Shown one piece after another: positions 25,155 to 35,500 of a DNA stretch of 64,000 nt (position 1 is the stretch's first letter; every line of letters begins with the position of its first letter). The notes beneath the pieces are model-generated. The model saw only the letters and a list, made by a program, of their open reading frames with translations. It made no database searches and was not told the origin of the DNA. Position numbers and translations under genes: made by a program. This DNA comes from a virus: the IMG/VR virus record IMGVR_UViG_2799112719_000001, one strand, 5' to 3'.

Positions 25155-26822
25155 TTACCCGAAGTCGAGCATGGAATTTTTCTGCTTCTGCTGATATTCC
25201 TCGTGGTACATCTGCCAGATGTCACGGTAATGGTTGATGTCATCCATCAGTTTGCCACGCATCTGCTTGGTGACATTCTTCTGCTCGTTGATGGCAGCCT
25301 GTCGGTTGTCGGCACTGAGCATCTGACGCAGGCAGTGGCCTACGATGGTACGAGTGCCCCAGCCACCGAAGCTGAGGTTACTCTCAGGACAGATAATCGT
25401 ATCTCCACAATAGGAGTACCAGATGTTATCCTCGATGGTGTAGAAGTTGACGGCATCCTCACCAATAACCATCAGTACGTCGGGCGCATCCTTATAGATG
25501 GCGGCACAGAGGGCAACACCTTTCCAGGTCTCTAACTTCACAAACAGCATGTCATCCAATAGCTGCTGGTCGCGCAACAGGTCAATGAGCTGCTCATTGC
25601 TGGAGTCAGCACATCCGCGCTCATCGAAATGGAGTTTCAACTGATCGCCGTTATTGCCACCGTAGAGCCATGTAAGGTAGGCATGGAGAATCTTATCATT
25701 CCAGGATGGGAGCATCTGGCGCACCTCTTCCTGGTCTGCTTTGTCGAATACCAGTTTGGTAAGGTCAAACTCAATGCAGTTGGCCCAATCTCTGAGGTAG
25801 GGTTCAGGTGACAGGCGCACACAGTTGCTTTCCAGTCCTAACAGCTCGTGTGTCTGTGTGCCAAACTCCTTTTGGAACTCATCGAATACCTTGTTGGTGA
25901 TGTTGGCAAAGACAGGACCTAATAGGTCAAAACGAGCCTCGAAGGTGTCGATGCGCTCTGCCAGTGTTGGCTCTTTCACTTCTGCCAGTTCCACCGTCAT
26001 GTCACCATCGGCATCCCTCTGCTCCTGAGTCTTCAGGAAGGTGTCGAGCATCTGCTGGCGACGCTTCAAATCATCTTCGGCCATCATCAAACGGATTTTG
26101 TCTGAGGTGGCTCTGTCGGGCTTCTGGCCAGGCTTCAGCTCGTTTAGTTTACTTTGGTAGAATTGTTCCAGTGTGATGGCCTTTACCTGATACTGCTTGG
26201 CCAAAGCAGAAAAGTTTTTCAGCGAATTATTCTGCTGATAAAACTCCACCACGGCACAAAGGTACTCGTGGAATTTCTTTAATCTCTGTTCGTTCATATA
26301 TAAATTGATTTTAGGGGTTATAGTGTCCTGTGCCTTTTCCGTAGGCAGTGGCTTTGCAGCTGCTTCTTTCTTCTCGGCCTTCTGGCGTTTCTTCTGCTCT
26401 GCTTCCTCTTGTAAGGCTTGCTGACGCTCTGCCTCACGTCGTTTCTGCTCGGCGATCTTCTCTTCACGAAGCTGCTGGGCGCGTTCCTTTTCCTCGGCCT
26501 CGCGCTGGCGGTTCTCTTCGTCGATCTTTTCCTGGGCCACTTTCAGCTGCTCTTTCCATGCCTCCAGTTTTTCCTCGGCGGCCTTTGCTTTGGCATCTGC
26601 TTTCTCGGCCCGTTCACTCCATCCAAAGGGAGCACCCACCAAACGATTCTCTTTCACCATTCGACGGGCTACGCAGGGATTTATACTGCTGCTCGATGCT
26701 GGGATAGTCCTGCCGTCAGGATGTTTCCAGATCTGATGCTTGGTGGTACGGTCGAGTACAAAGCCATTCTTTTTCAATAGCCGCTCCCAATCTTTCTTGC
26801 TGATGTTATGTAAACCTCCCAT
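25155..26822 (-). CDS. Large protein with an N-terminal HicA-like domain and K/E coiled-coil
   Basis: MGGLHNISKKDWERLLKKNGFVLDRTTKHQIWKHPDGRTIPASS resembles the HicA/YcfA fold pattern. Followed by a long EEK-rich coil and a C-terminal globular part. Confidence 0.45.
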   Translation of the reverse strand: MGGLHNISKKDWERLLKKNGFVLDRTTKHQIWKHPDGRTIPASSSSINPCVARRMVKENRLVGAPFGWSERAEKADAKAKAAEEKLEAWKEQLKVAQEKIDEENRQREAEEKERAQQLREEKIAEQKRREAERQQALQEEAEQKKRQKAEKKEAAAKPLPTEKAQDTITPKINLYMNEQRLKKFHEYLCAVVEFYQQNNSLKNFSALAKQYQVKAITLEQFYQSKLNELKPGQKPDRATSDKIRLMMAEDDLKRRQQMLDTFLKTQEQRDADGDMTVELAEVKEPTLAERIDTFEARFDLLGPVFANITNKVFDEFQKEFGTQTHELLGLESNCVRLSPEPYLRDWANCIEFDLTKLVFDKADQEEVRQMLPSWNDKILHAYLTWLYGGNNGDQLKLHFDERGCADSSNEQLIDLLRDQQLLDDMLFVKLETWKGVALCAAIYKDAPDVLMVIGEDAVNFYTIEDNIWYSYCGDTIICPESNLSFGGWGTRTIVGHCLRQMLSADNRQAAINEQKNVTKQMRGKLMDDINHYRDIWQMYHEEYQQKQKNSMLDFG

Positions 26823-26824
26823 AA

Positions 26825-26968
26825 TTATTCTGCATGAATAAAACAGTCTCTCGTTTCTTCGTCGCAATGCTCAATAGTCTGGATGTCTCTGCTGGGGCAG
26901 AAGGCACCGTATTGGTCGAATCGCTCACAGATGCTTGCTAAACCGCAGTTTACGCCGTGACATTTCAT
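26825..26968 (-). CDS. Small Cys-rich protein (47 aa)
   Basis: Own translation: MKCHGVNCGLASICERFDQYGAFCPSRDIQTIEHCDEETRDCFIHAE. Fills the gap between neighbouring genes. Confidence 0.3.
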   Translation of the reverse strand: MKCHGVNCGLASICERFDQYGAFCPSRDIQTIEHCDEETRDCFIHAE

Positions 26969-26985
26969 AGTTATTTGTTGTTTGC

Positions 26986-28002
26986 TCATAGGTTAATAGT
27001 AATAGTTACAATGCCTTCTTTCACTTTGATTTCGCCCGTCCATCCTCTGCGCTGCAATTCCAGTGCAAGCTCTTTGTCGGTAAAACCGTCAAGTGTAATC
27101 TTTTGTTCCAGGGTAGGTGATGTTTTGCCCTGGGTGCTTGTGATATGGCCTCTATCCATCAGCAAAGGTAACTCCTGCTCTGCTGGTGTGGCCTCTGGTT
27201 CCTTTTCGGCCTCCGTTTTTGGAGCGTCGGCTTTGGGATTCTTTACTTTCTCCGCTTTTTCCTTTGGTTTCTCCTTCTTTCTCGCTGGCAATGGTCTTGC
27301 TGTCGCGTTTGCTTTCGCCCCGCGCCCCCGCATATCATCCGCAGGATTAAAGGTGTCAATGTCTTGCTCATCGCACCAATAGAAGCCACCGGCGGGACGG
27401 CCTTTCAGGATGGCACGGTCAATGTTCCAAATCCCAAGCTCTTTCTCAGCAGCACCTTTCTTGGGCCAAATCTTAATCACCTCCAGTGTGCTCATGTCGA
27501 TCTGAGCAACTGGTCTCGGCGCACGGTTCCGGCTGCGCCCCAGTCTGTCAACATCCTGTTTCATATCGTTATTGATTTTTGGAATTTTTTGGTCTGTTTT
27601 TGGCAATTCTTGTGTCGTTTCTGGAAATTTTTGTTCCAAAATAGGCTCTTTCCGTTCCATTTTTAACAATTTCCGTTCTGAAAAGTTCCTTTTTTGTTCC
27701 GAATGTCCCGTATGCTGTGATATCGTCACATCCTTATCTCTTGTCAGGTCGCTATACTCAAATCCTGGTTTCACGCCTGCGAACTTCAACACATGCACTA
27801 CCACACTGGCACCTTTTACCTTATCGCTGAATCCAAGCATAGCCTTGCTGATGGCCTCCCTCAGTATATCCTTGGTCAGCTTTTCGCATGGCTCATCGTA
27901 GAGCGTCTTGAAAAGGCGATCGAATATCCAGCGCGTCTTAGTGGCAAAAGCCTTGATGTTTTCCTGCTGGCTCCAACTTGTATGTGCTTCCTTCAGTGTC
28001 AT
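26986..28002 (-). CDS. Putative DNA-binding protein
   Basis: 338 aa. NUMOD-like segment IKIWPKKGAAEKELGIWNIDRAILKGRPAGGFYW and K/E/P low-complexity linkers. Confidence 0.35.
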   Translation of the reverse strand: MTLKEAHTSWSQQENIKAFATKTRWIFDRLFKTLYDEPCEKLTKDILREAISKAMLGFSDKVKGASVVVHVLKFAGVKPGFEYSDLTRDKDVTISQHTGHSEQKRNFSERKLLKMERKEPILEQKFPETTQELPKTDQKIPKINNDMKQDVDRLGRSRNRAPRPVAQIDMSTLEVIKIWPKKGAAEKELGIWNIDRAILKGRPAGGFYWCDEQDIDTFNPADDMRGRGAKANATARPLPARKKEKPKEKAEKVKNPKADAPKTEAEKEPEATPAEQELPLLMDRGHITSTQGKTSPTLEQKITLDGFTDKELALELQRRGWTGEIKVKEGIVTITINL

Positions 28003-28436
28003 GCCTGATTTCTCCTATATCCTAATGCCCGCATCAATGCCTGTGTCTCTTTGATGCCAGGAATGTGGGCGTACTCGGTGCTCACGTCTAAGATCTCCAC
28101 CTGTCGCAGACTGTAACGGGTGGTGCAGTATTCTGTGCGCCACATGCCGGCCACATCGTCGGCATTTGTTGGCAGTCCATCGGGTAAGTCTTTCTCAGGA
28201 TCACGATACCAGGCCCGTGTCTTCCTGAAGGCTCCATCCTGCACTTCCATCTTTACGCAAACATCCGTGTCGATGTTGCCACTGAGCCAGTGGATAGCCT
28301 GTGCCGGTTCATCGGGTGTAAAGCAGAAGCCACGGCTCTCTGTGCGAAAGCCTTTATGTTTGCTCTCGTTGATGAGCGTCTGCCCTGCTTTCAGTCGCCG
28401 CAGTTCCTCGCGGCTCATAAATCGGTAAAGTATCAT
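27999..28436 (-). CDS. hypothetical protein
   Basis: 145-aa ORF downstream of the minus-strand promoter at 28484-28515. Confidence 0.5.
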   Translation of the reverse strand: MILYRFMSREELRRLKAGQTLINESKHKGFRTESRGFCFTPDEPAQAIHWLSGNIDTDVCVKMEVQDGAFRKTRAWYRDPEKDLPDGLPTNADDVAGMWRTEYCTTRYSLRQVEILDVSTEYAHIPGIKETQALMRALGYRRNQA

Positions 28437-28483
28437 TTCGTGTTCAGCAGATTAAAACCTTCTTATACTACAAATCTCGCTTG

Positions 28484-28515
28484 CAAAGATACGAATAAAA
28501 CCCCGATTTGACAAA
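28484..28515 (-). promoter_or_regulatory. Minus-strand promoter for 27999-28436
   Basis: Reverse complement gives TATCTTTG (28484-28491) and TTTG (28512-28515). Confidence 0.5.
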
Positions 28516-28597
28516 TTAAAACAGAGTTAATTTAGTAAAAAGAAACAATTTTTGCATTTTTACCAAGATTTTTAATCAGATTTCCCCTAAAATTCAT

Positions 28598-28605
28598 TAT
28601 CTTTG
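28598..28605 (+). promoter_or_regulatory. -7 box TATCTTTG for 28640
   Basis: Consensus TAnnTTTG lies 35 nt upstream of the ATG. Confidence 0.45.
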
Positions 28606-28639
28606 CAACCGAAATCCGATTTTTAATCTGTTCCCAAAA

Positions 28640-29452
28640 ATGGCAAAGCAATATTATTACTACAAATGTGATGAGTATAGCAAGGTAGGCCGTGCCCTTG
28701 GTAAGTTCTGGCGCAAGGTCGTTCAGGCTGCCTATCGTGCCGATGCCTATGCTAAGAAGTATGGTGCCTGTAACTATGAGCAGCCCGTCCAGTTCTTTGA
28801 GGGCGGTGTTGACTATCTGATTTTTGAGACTACACCTGATGAGCGTGTTTGGCGTAAGAAACTGGTGGCAAAGGATGGTACGGCTCTCTATGAGCCTAAC
28901 TGTATGTACCGTGCAGACATCCTGGTGATTCCTGATGACCGTTTCCATCCGTCGAATACCTGGAATAAGATCTACTCAAAGAAGCACCTGACATGGGAAC
29001 AGGCAAAGCCACAGAAGACGTTAGACCAGTGGGCGGCCATCGCTAAGATGAAGCGTACCGATGACCGCGAGAAGGATGCAAAGGCTCTCGATGAGCGTAT
29101 GTCCCGTTACTCCTTTGTGTCGTATCTGGAGTTTTATGGTGATGAGTCTGTGCCTCGCAATATGAGCAAGGCCGACTGTCCGGCATGGCTTCGTCGTGCC
29201 ATCCGTGCAGAACAGGACCGCCAGGCATTGCCGGTGGTAGAAGTTTATCCGCTTTTTGCTTTGCTGGATATGAAGCCAGAAGGTGAAGGCGTAGTAAACA
29301 TGTCGGTAACACCTAATTTCTTCCTGTATGGTGACAGTTACTATATCTGTGCTGAATACCCCTGCTTTGCAGAGGGCTTGCATACCATTATGGAGGGGCT
29401 ATATACCTATAAGCAGAATATGGCTCTTCGTCAGGAGAAAGCAGAGTCTTAA
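28640..29452 (+). CDS. hypothetical protein
   Basis: 270-aa ORF downstream of TATCTTTG at 28598. Confidence 0.5.
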   Translation: MAKQYYYYKCDEYSKVGRALGKFWRKVVQAAYRADAYAKKYGACNYEQPVQFFEGGVDYLIFETTPDERVWRKKLVAKDGTALYEPNCMYRADILVIPDDRFHPSNTWNKIYSKKHLTWEQAKPQKTLDQWAAIAKMKRTDDREKDAKALDERMSRYSFVSYLEFYGDESVPRNMSKADCPAWLRRAIRAEQDRQALPVVEVYPLFALLDMKPEGEGVVNMSVTPNFFLYGDSYYICAEYPCFAEGLHTIMEGLYTYKQNMALRQEKAES

Positions 29453-29474
29453 CCTCTATATATAATAATAATGT

Positions 29475-29804
29475 ATGGGTAAAAAGAAGAAAAAGGACGT
29501 TTACGAGGAAGCAGAGCGAGAGGGCACCACCATTGAGGATTATATCATTCCTCAGAAGGTGCAGGCGTTCATAGATGCCTACGAGCCTGTAGAGCAACAG
29601 AAGTTTGCTACGACCATTTTTGATGAAACCAAGCTCCGTGCTTTCTTCAAGGCGTACATTACGACGCTGGGCGATCCGCTCGTGGTCTATCTGACCCGTC
29701 TTGAAAATGCAGGCTTTAAGATGCAGGTATCTACTCAGAATGAGCCTGCTATCTTCGTTACAGAGAAAGCCGTCGGTGGCTTCTCTATGCTGGAAGAGTT
29801 GTAA
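29475..29804 (+). CDS. hypothetical protein
   Basis: 109-aa ORF followed by a hairpin and T-run near 29920-29960. Confidence 0.5.
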   Translation: MGKKKKKDVYEEAEREGTTIEDYIIPQKVQAFIDAYEPVEQQKFATTIFDETKLRAFFKAYITTLGDPLVVYLTRLENAGFKMQVSTQNEPAIFVTEKAVGGFSMLEEL

Positions 29805-29962
29805 CTGATGAATTGTTTTTCATACGAGATTTGTTTTAGTAGATTAGTTATTAAGTAGTTTGTTTGGTACAGCGGTATCTCAGAAAATCAAAGGTAATTC
29901 ATGGTATTAGATTTAAGGTTGGCCACCCGTCCCGTCGTGATGACGTGACAGGTGGTTTTTGG

Positions 29963-30721
29963 TTACTTATGGTCAGGTTCATCGGCTGCTATCCACATGG
30001 CCTCTTTTTGTTCGCGTCCCTGCTGGTAGAACTTTGACAGCTCCGCATTCTGCCGCTCGATGATATCCATCAGCCGATTGCGCTCTGCGTCGAAGCTGGC
30101 CTGGCAGTCACGCCTTATCCTGTCCTCACGCTCATGGTGTTCTCGCTCCGTAGCCCGCATTTCGTTGGCGTGTTCCAACTGCATCCGAAGGATGGTCTCT
30201 ACCAAGTTCTGCTGTCCTGCCGTGTTGTCTGCTGCTTTCTCGCTGGTCTCTTCCGCTTCTGGCAGTGGCCTGCCCGCGTCTGTCCGTTGCTCCAGCTGCA
30301 TCAGTGCTTCGTCGCGCCGGTGCTGTTGCTCACTCTGCCTGGCAAGTCCCTCGGCAACGACGGTGGCCTGTGCCTGTGAACTGATCTGCCGCTCAGTAAT
30401 CCGCGTTTCCACGATGCCCCTGCCGCGTCCCTCCTTGATGCCGTAGCCGTCAACGGGTAGCGTCTGACTGTTGCTGTCGGGTAGGGTAGGGCGTATCTCT
30501 GCTGGCATACCGTCACCGTCAAAGAAGAATCCGTCTAACGGAATGTTGTAGTAGTTGCAGAAACGCAACATTGCAGTCACATGGACGGGAACCTTCCCAT
30601 CCAGCCATTTGTTTAGTGACACATAGTCACCACACCCCAGGGCTTCCAGCAAGTCCTTTTTGGCGAGTTTGTGGCTATCCATGAATTGCTGGAGATAGCC
30701 GTAGTTGTACGAGTAATCCAT
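29963..30721 (-). CDS. XRE/CI-like HTH transcriptional repressor with coiled-coil C-terminus
   Basis: N-terminal LAKKDLLEALGCGDYVSLNKWLDGKVPVHVTAMLRFCNYYNIPLDGFF is HTH_XRE-like. Divergent from 30941. Confidence 0.6.
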   Translation of the reverse strand: MDYSYNYGYLQQFMDSHKLAKKDLLEALGCGDYVSLNKWLDGKVPVHVTAMLRFCNYYNIPLDGFFFDGDGMPAEIRPTLPDSNSQTLPVDGYGIKEGRGRGIVETRITERQISSQAQATVVAEGLARQSEQQHRRDEALMQLEQRTDAGRPLPEAEETSEKAADNTAGQQNLVETILRMQLEHANEMRATEREHHEREDRIRRDCQASFDAERNRLMDIIERQNAELSKFYQQGREQKEAMWIAADEPDHK

Positions 30722-30899
30722 ACTGTTTGCAATTATATTTATTTAACACTAAAATGATACTCAACTGCGATTAAAGCCTTTATATTAAAACCTTTCCGAA
30801 CTTATTAAAAACATACCCTTAAAACATTAAAACTTGGTTAAAATGTTAAATCTCGAAAGAAAAACCGATTAAAACCTTGTTTTTACAAAAATAATTCCT

Positions 30900-30907
30900 T
30901 ACCTTTG
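30900..30907 (+). promoter_or_regulatory. -7 box TACCTTTG for 30941
   Basis: Consensus match in the intergenic region divergent from the repressor gene. Confidence 0.5.
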
Positions 30908-30940
30908 CGCAAAAATACAAAAAATCATCCGAATATCAAC

Positions 30941-31429
30941 ATGATTATCGAGAAATTAACACAACCAGGAGCGCATTTGAACTGCGACGATTTGACTCCT
31001 AATCAGAAGAAACTCCTTTGGGAGATAATGAAACGGCATGGTGCATCACAGGGATTCGCCTACGACCGCTTCTTTAAGGAGGGCTTTGCCCTTTGGGAGC
31101 TGAAAGGTATCGACACTATAAAACGTCAGTTCCTTTCTGACCGCTTTTCTGAACTCTTCCCAGACCAGACCACCATGCCTGAAGCATTGGCTTTGGGTGC
31201 CATTCTTGATACCGTAGTGGCCACGAATGGTGAGTTTTATCGTACCCTCGGACGTACCTTTGGTATGAAAAAGGTGTTTACCGATCTTATGGGGACGCTG
31301 GGCATGGGTAGTAACTCGGTCCTCAATAAGTTTTCCACTGACGATTGGAAAGACTATGAGCGTATCGGTGTGCAGGCTGTGATGCAGGAATTTGAAACGG
31401 AAGTAGCGACACTGGATAATGGCGACTAA
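30941..31429 (+). CDS. hypothetical protein
   Basis: ATG lies after TACCTTTG at 30900. The tracked TTG start at 30905 sits inside the -7 box. Confidence 0.5.
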   Translation: MIIEKLTQPGAHLNCDDLTPNQKKLLWEIMKRHGASQGFAYDRFFKEGFALWELKGIDTIKRQFLSDRFSELFPDQTTMPEALALGAILDTVVATNGEFYRTLGRTFGMKKVFTDLMGTLGMGSNSVLNKFSTDDWKDYERIGVQAVMQEFETEVATLDNGD

Positions 31430-31824
31430 TGCAGCAGCGACACTTCGAGAAACGGAAACGTGGACGGCCATTGAAAGACCGTCGAAAGCACCTTCAGATA
31501 GCAGCGACTATTGACTATCGGGGTACTGACGATGACGTGCTGACCTTTGTTTTTCGTGGTGCCGGCCAGCAGCTGATTACTAAAGTTTTCCAATATCTCG
31601 TAGGCCATTCTCACGGCATTGCCCGTGAAGCTGTCGTTACTGAGGAACATGACATTATCCGTCGCAACGGAAAAGGCTACTGGCGCATAGCAGCAGAGAT
31701 ACACGATCCTAACTATCACTTTGCATCGTTAGACGATATGCAGCTGCTCATTGAAGCCACCCTGCACCGCCTCCATCCCTGCACCGTCCACTGGATGCCC
31801 ATCGAGAAGTTCTTGAATGTTTAG
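31429..31824 (+). CDS. hypothetical protein with a basic AT-hook-like N-terminus
   Basis: KRKRGRPLKDRRK. Start overlaps the preceding stop codon by 1 nt (TAATG). Confidence 0.45.
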   Translation: MQQRHFEKRKRGRPLKDRRKHLQIAATIDYRGTDDDVLTFVFRGAGQQLITKVFQYLVGHSHGIAREAVVTEEHDIIRRNGKGYWRIAAEIHDPNYHFASLDDMQLLIEATLHRLHPCTVHWMPIEKFLNV

Positions 31825-31862
31825 CATGTGGCTATGGTATAGCCACTAAAAGAAAAGAAGAT

Positions 31863-32501
31863 ATGAAGATAATTGATGTTACTATCGACCTTGAAACTTG
31901 CTCACTCGCTGCGAATGCTGCCGTGATGCAAGTGTCTGCCGTGGCGTGGAATAGACATGCCACCGCTGCCGACGAACTGTTTGTAAAGAATATCCCCGCC
32001 TTTGATGCCCGTGTCGATCTGCGCTCGTGCGTCATGGATGGTTTCGACTTCGACCGCGAGACGATCAAGTGGTGGAGCAATAAGCCCCAGGAACTCAAAG
32101 ATGAGATTACCAATGGCGACTGCTACCCCATCAAGGAGGTGTTTGAACAGTTTGCTCAATGGATGACTGAGGCCAAGGAATACAGCCAGGCTGATGTAGT
32201 ATGCCTCTGGGCACAGGGTGCCGACTTCGACATTGCCATCCTGCGCCATGTGCTCAATAAGTATGGTATCAAGTTGCCTATCGGCTACCGTGACTTCCGC
32301 GATGCCCGCACCTTTATTGCAGAGGTGGGTAGTCGCATGTTACTGGAGGATCATGTCGATGGCATTGCCGACCATGGTAAGGTATATGCAATGTTACCCG
32401 ATTTTCCAGAAAAGGCAGATGTGCATAATGCGCTCTTCGATGCCAAACGCACCACATGGTCACTCTGGCATGTAATCTCTTCTATCCCCGACCGTCAATG
32501 A
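31863..32501 (+). CDS. DEDD-type 3'-5' exonuclease
   Basis: IDLETCS (ExoI-like), WAQGADFD (ExoII-like), and HNALFDA (ExoIII, DEDDh). Confidence 0.65.
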   Translation: MKIIDVTIDLETCSLAANAAVMQVSAVAWNRHATAADELFVKNIPAFDARVDLRSCVMDGFDFDRETIKWWSNKPQELKDEITNGDCYPIKEVFEQFAQWMTEAKEYSQADVVCLWAQGADFDIAILRHVLNKYGIKLPIGYRDFRDARTFIAEVGSRMLLEDHVDGIADHGKVYAMLPDFPEKADVHNALFDAKRTTWSLWHVISSIPDRQ

Positions 32502-32508
32502 TGCGCGT

Positions 32509-35500
32509 ATGATTTACGACCCATTGATAGATGAATTGGCTGCGCTGCCGCTAAACCTTCTCGTGACTCCTGCCGACCAGCAGACAGAGGAAGGCCAGAC
32601 GGCGTGTTGGTGCCCGTTCTGTAAGGGTAATGCCGGCTCCACTCCACACTTCATTATCTACAACCGTAAGCGTGGTGGACTGTACGGCAAACCCGTAGAA
32701 CACTGGTTCTGCACCAAGACAAAGCGAGGTGGCTATGGTGCCATCGAACTCTATGCCGCAATGAAGGGGCTGGGGTACTGGTGGCGCAAGGATAGTCACT
32801 CAGCACAGACATTCATCTGTGTGGGTGAAGATCTGCGTCAGGCTTGCTTGCAGCTGGCTATGCTGGCCGGTCACACCAAGGAAGAGGTGGGCGAGAAATG
32901 GCCACAACTGCTGAAACGTGACTACCGAGAGACGGCTATCCGTCCCCAGGAGCGTGTTACCTTTGAACCGAAGACTGGTTTTACACCGCAGGACCTTGCA
33001 GCACTCGGCTGTACTACCTGGCTTGACTACGACGGTGTGGAGCATTACGGTTTTGAGACGGGTAATAAGGATGCTGGTTGGCATTTCGACCCTGCCGACA
33101 TCCAGCGCGACTTTAAGATCTCAGCTGTCGGTAAGGTGACGCTGCCCGCCGTCAGTCGTAAGGGCGAGCCGGTATCAGAGGTATTGGTGAGCACACCATG
33201 GAATCCTATCTTTGTGGCTCTCGTGGATGATGAGACTGAGGATAGCGGCTCTATTTTCTTCCCTGCCCTGGGCATACCGCCTATGGTGTTCTGCAATACT
33301 GATGAGCACACATCGGCCAAGGTGAGCAGATGGTTGGCAGGCGATAAGGTGTTTGTTCGTGCATTAGAACTGAAGACCTCAGAGAATACGGGTGTCCGTA
33401 AGGCCATCCAGGAACTCGACCCAGAAGAGCGTGTCACCGAGGTTAAGCAGGAGTGGCAGGAGTCTTCAGATAAGAATGGTAACGTGAAGATGGAGTTGGT
33501 GGATGTGCCGCTTCGTGATAAAGACATCAAGGCAAAGGCGATTATCTATTGTCCGTCGGCTCCTGATGCCGTGGCCACCTATTATCACATGAAGGCTTTG
33601 CGCCATACCTACCCCAAGCAGTTTGGTTCTCGTTGGTATCATGTGTGTTTCCCCTATGGTGCCGTGCCGTTCTCTCCCGTGCATTATAATAAGATGCACC
33701 GTTTTGCGGATAATATCTACACCCTTTTCCCGTCGGCTACCAAGCAGACATTGAAAGCGCGTGACATCAGCTGCCGCTATCGTGACGTGCTCCGTGCCGA
33801 ACTGCCTGAGACCATCGGCGACCGTGCGCACCTCTATTTCCCGCGTCTCTATTGCCATCCTGTGCAGACGGTCAGTGAGTTTTTCCTGGCCTATCAGATG
33901 TTACCCCGCGAGGCATACCAGAATGACGAAGACATCAACCGCCTCTTTTCATCATGTATTACGTCGGCTCTCAGCAGCGACCCCTTTGAGCGCAAAGAGA
34001 AAAGGGATAAGAATGGCATGGTGAAAGAGGTGTATTACACCATCAATCCTGCTACCCTTTGGGAGTTTATGGCCAGTGCTGGCTATGCCCGTGATGTGCG
34101 ACCCGATGAGCCGGATAAGATAGGCCGCTATGTGCATATCGACGGCCCATTTGCCGATGAACTGGAACCGTCATCAATGGTGCAGGCCACCATTGAGCAA
34201 CTGAAGGCGTATGCCCGACAACTCAATGATTCACGCCCTGGTATGCCGGATGAGTACGAGCTGATGGTGCAGGCCGTGCTTCGTGCCAATAAGGAGATCA
34301 ACGAGAAGACCATTGCCTCGTTGCCCAGCGTGAAACTCAACTATGCCGATGGCTATGGCCGTCATGTTGAGCATTTCTTCTATGACAATGGGGCCTTGCG
34401 CATTACGGAGAATGAGATTTCTATGCAGCCCTACGACCGCATCGACTTCAATGTTGAACGTGCCGAACTGCTGCATTGGAATATGACACCGATTAAGAAC
34501 CTGCCTTTTGAGATCTCCGAGAATCCTGAGTACCGCACCCGTCTGGAGGCTATCAAGAATAAGCGTGAGCAGAAAGATGACAACGGCAAACCGCTCTATA
34601 CTTTACAGCAGCTGGCACAGGATGACAACGACCTGGCACTTTGGGCACAGAGCCACCGATGGATAGTGGACTGGAAAGGCAAGAATGAAAATGAAATGTG
34701 GCCTGCTCTGCGTGTCATTCGTGGCTTCGCTAATGAGGAATGGGAACAGGAGCAACGACTGTTGCACGATGGTAAGCAATTCTCAGTAGAGGAACAGATG
34801 GAACTCGACTGTCGCTTTGCTAACCTGATATTCTGCCTTGGTCGTATGCTTTGGCGTTACCGTGACAGTAAGAGTAACTGCATCAGTTATCTTATCGAAA
34901 ACGTGGTGTCTGCTGCCAACCGTGCTGAAGGTGGCTCTGGTAAGTCAACATTCGTGCGCGTGTTTGCTGGCTGTGCCGCCCACATCCTGAATATCAATGG
35001 TCGTGACCTGGTGAGTAACAAGGAGTTTTCGGCTAACCTCGCAGAATATCAGCACCACAAACACCGTGTAGTGCATTGGGAGGATGTCGATGCCAGTCTT
35101 GACTTCGGAAAGCTCTACAACCTGACAACAGGTGATTTCTCCGTGCGTTATATGTATAAGGATAGAATCACCATCCCATTGTCTGAGGGTCCTGGACATG
35201 TGGTGACTTCCAACTATCCCTTGCATGATCTTGATGACTCTACCATGCGCCGTGTGTGTCTGGGTGGTTTCTCACACCGTTTCTGTGGCCAGAACATTAT
35301 GAAGAATAAGGCAGCGCGTTATATCTCTGACATTATGCCGGACTTTAACGCTGTGTCGCCTGAAAAACTCTCTGCATCGTCACGCAACCAGATAGCCATG
35401 ATCTGTGCGCTGGCGGTGCAGTTTGTTATGCGCTACGATGAAAAGGTTGATGCCCAGAAGAAATACATGGAAGAGCGTACCCTTACGCAGACGCTTACGC

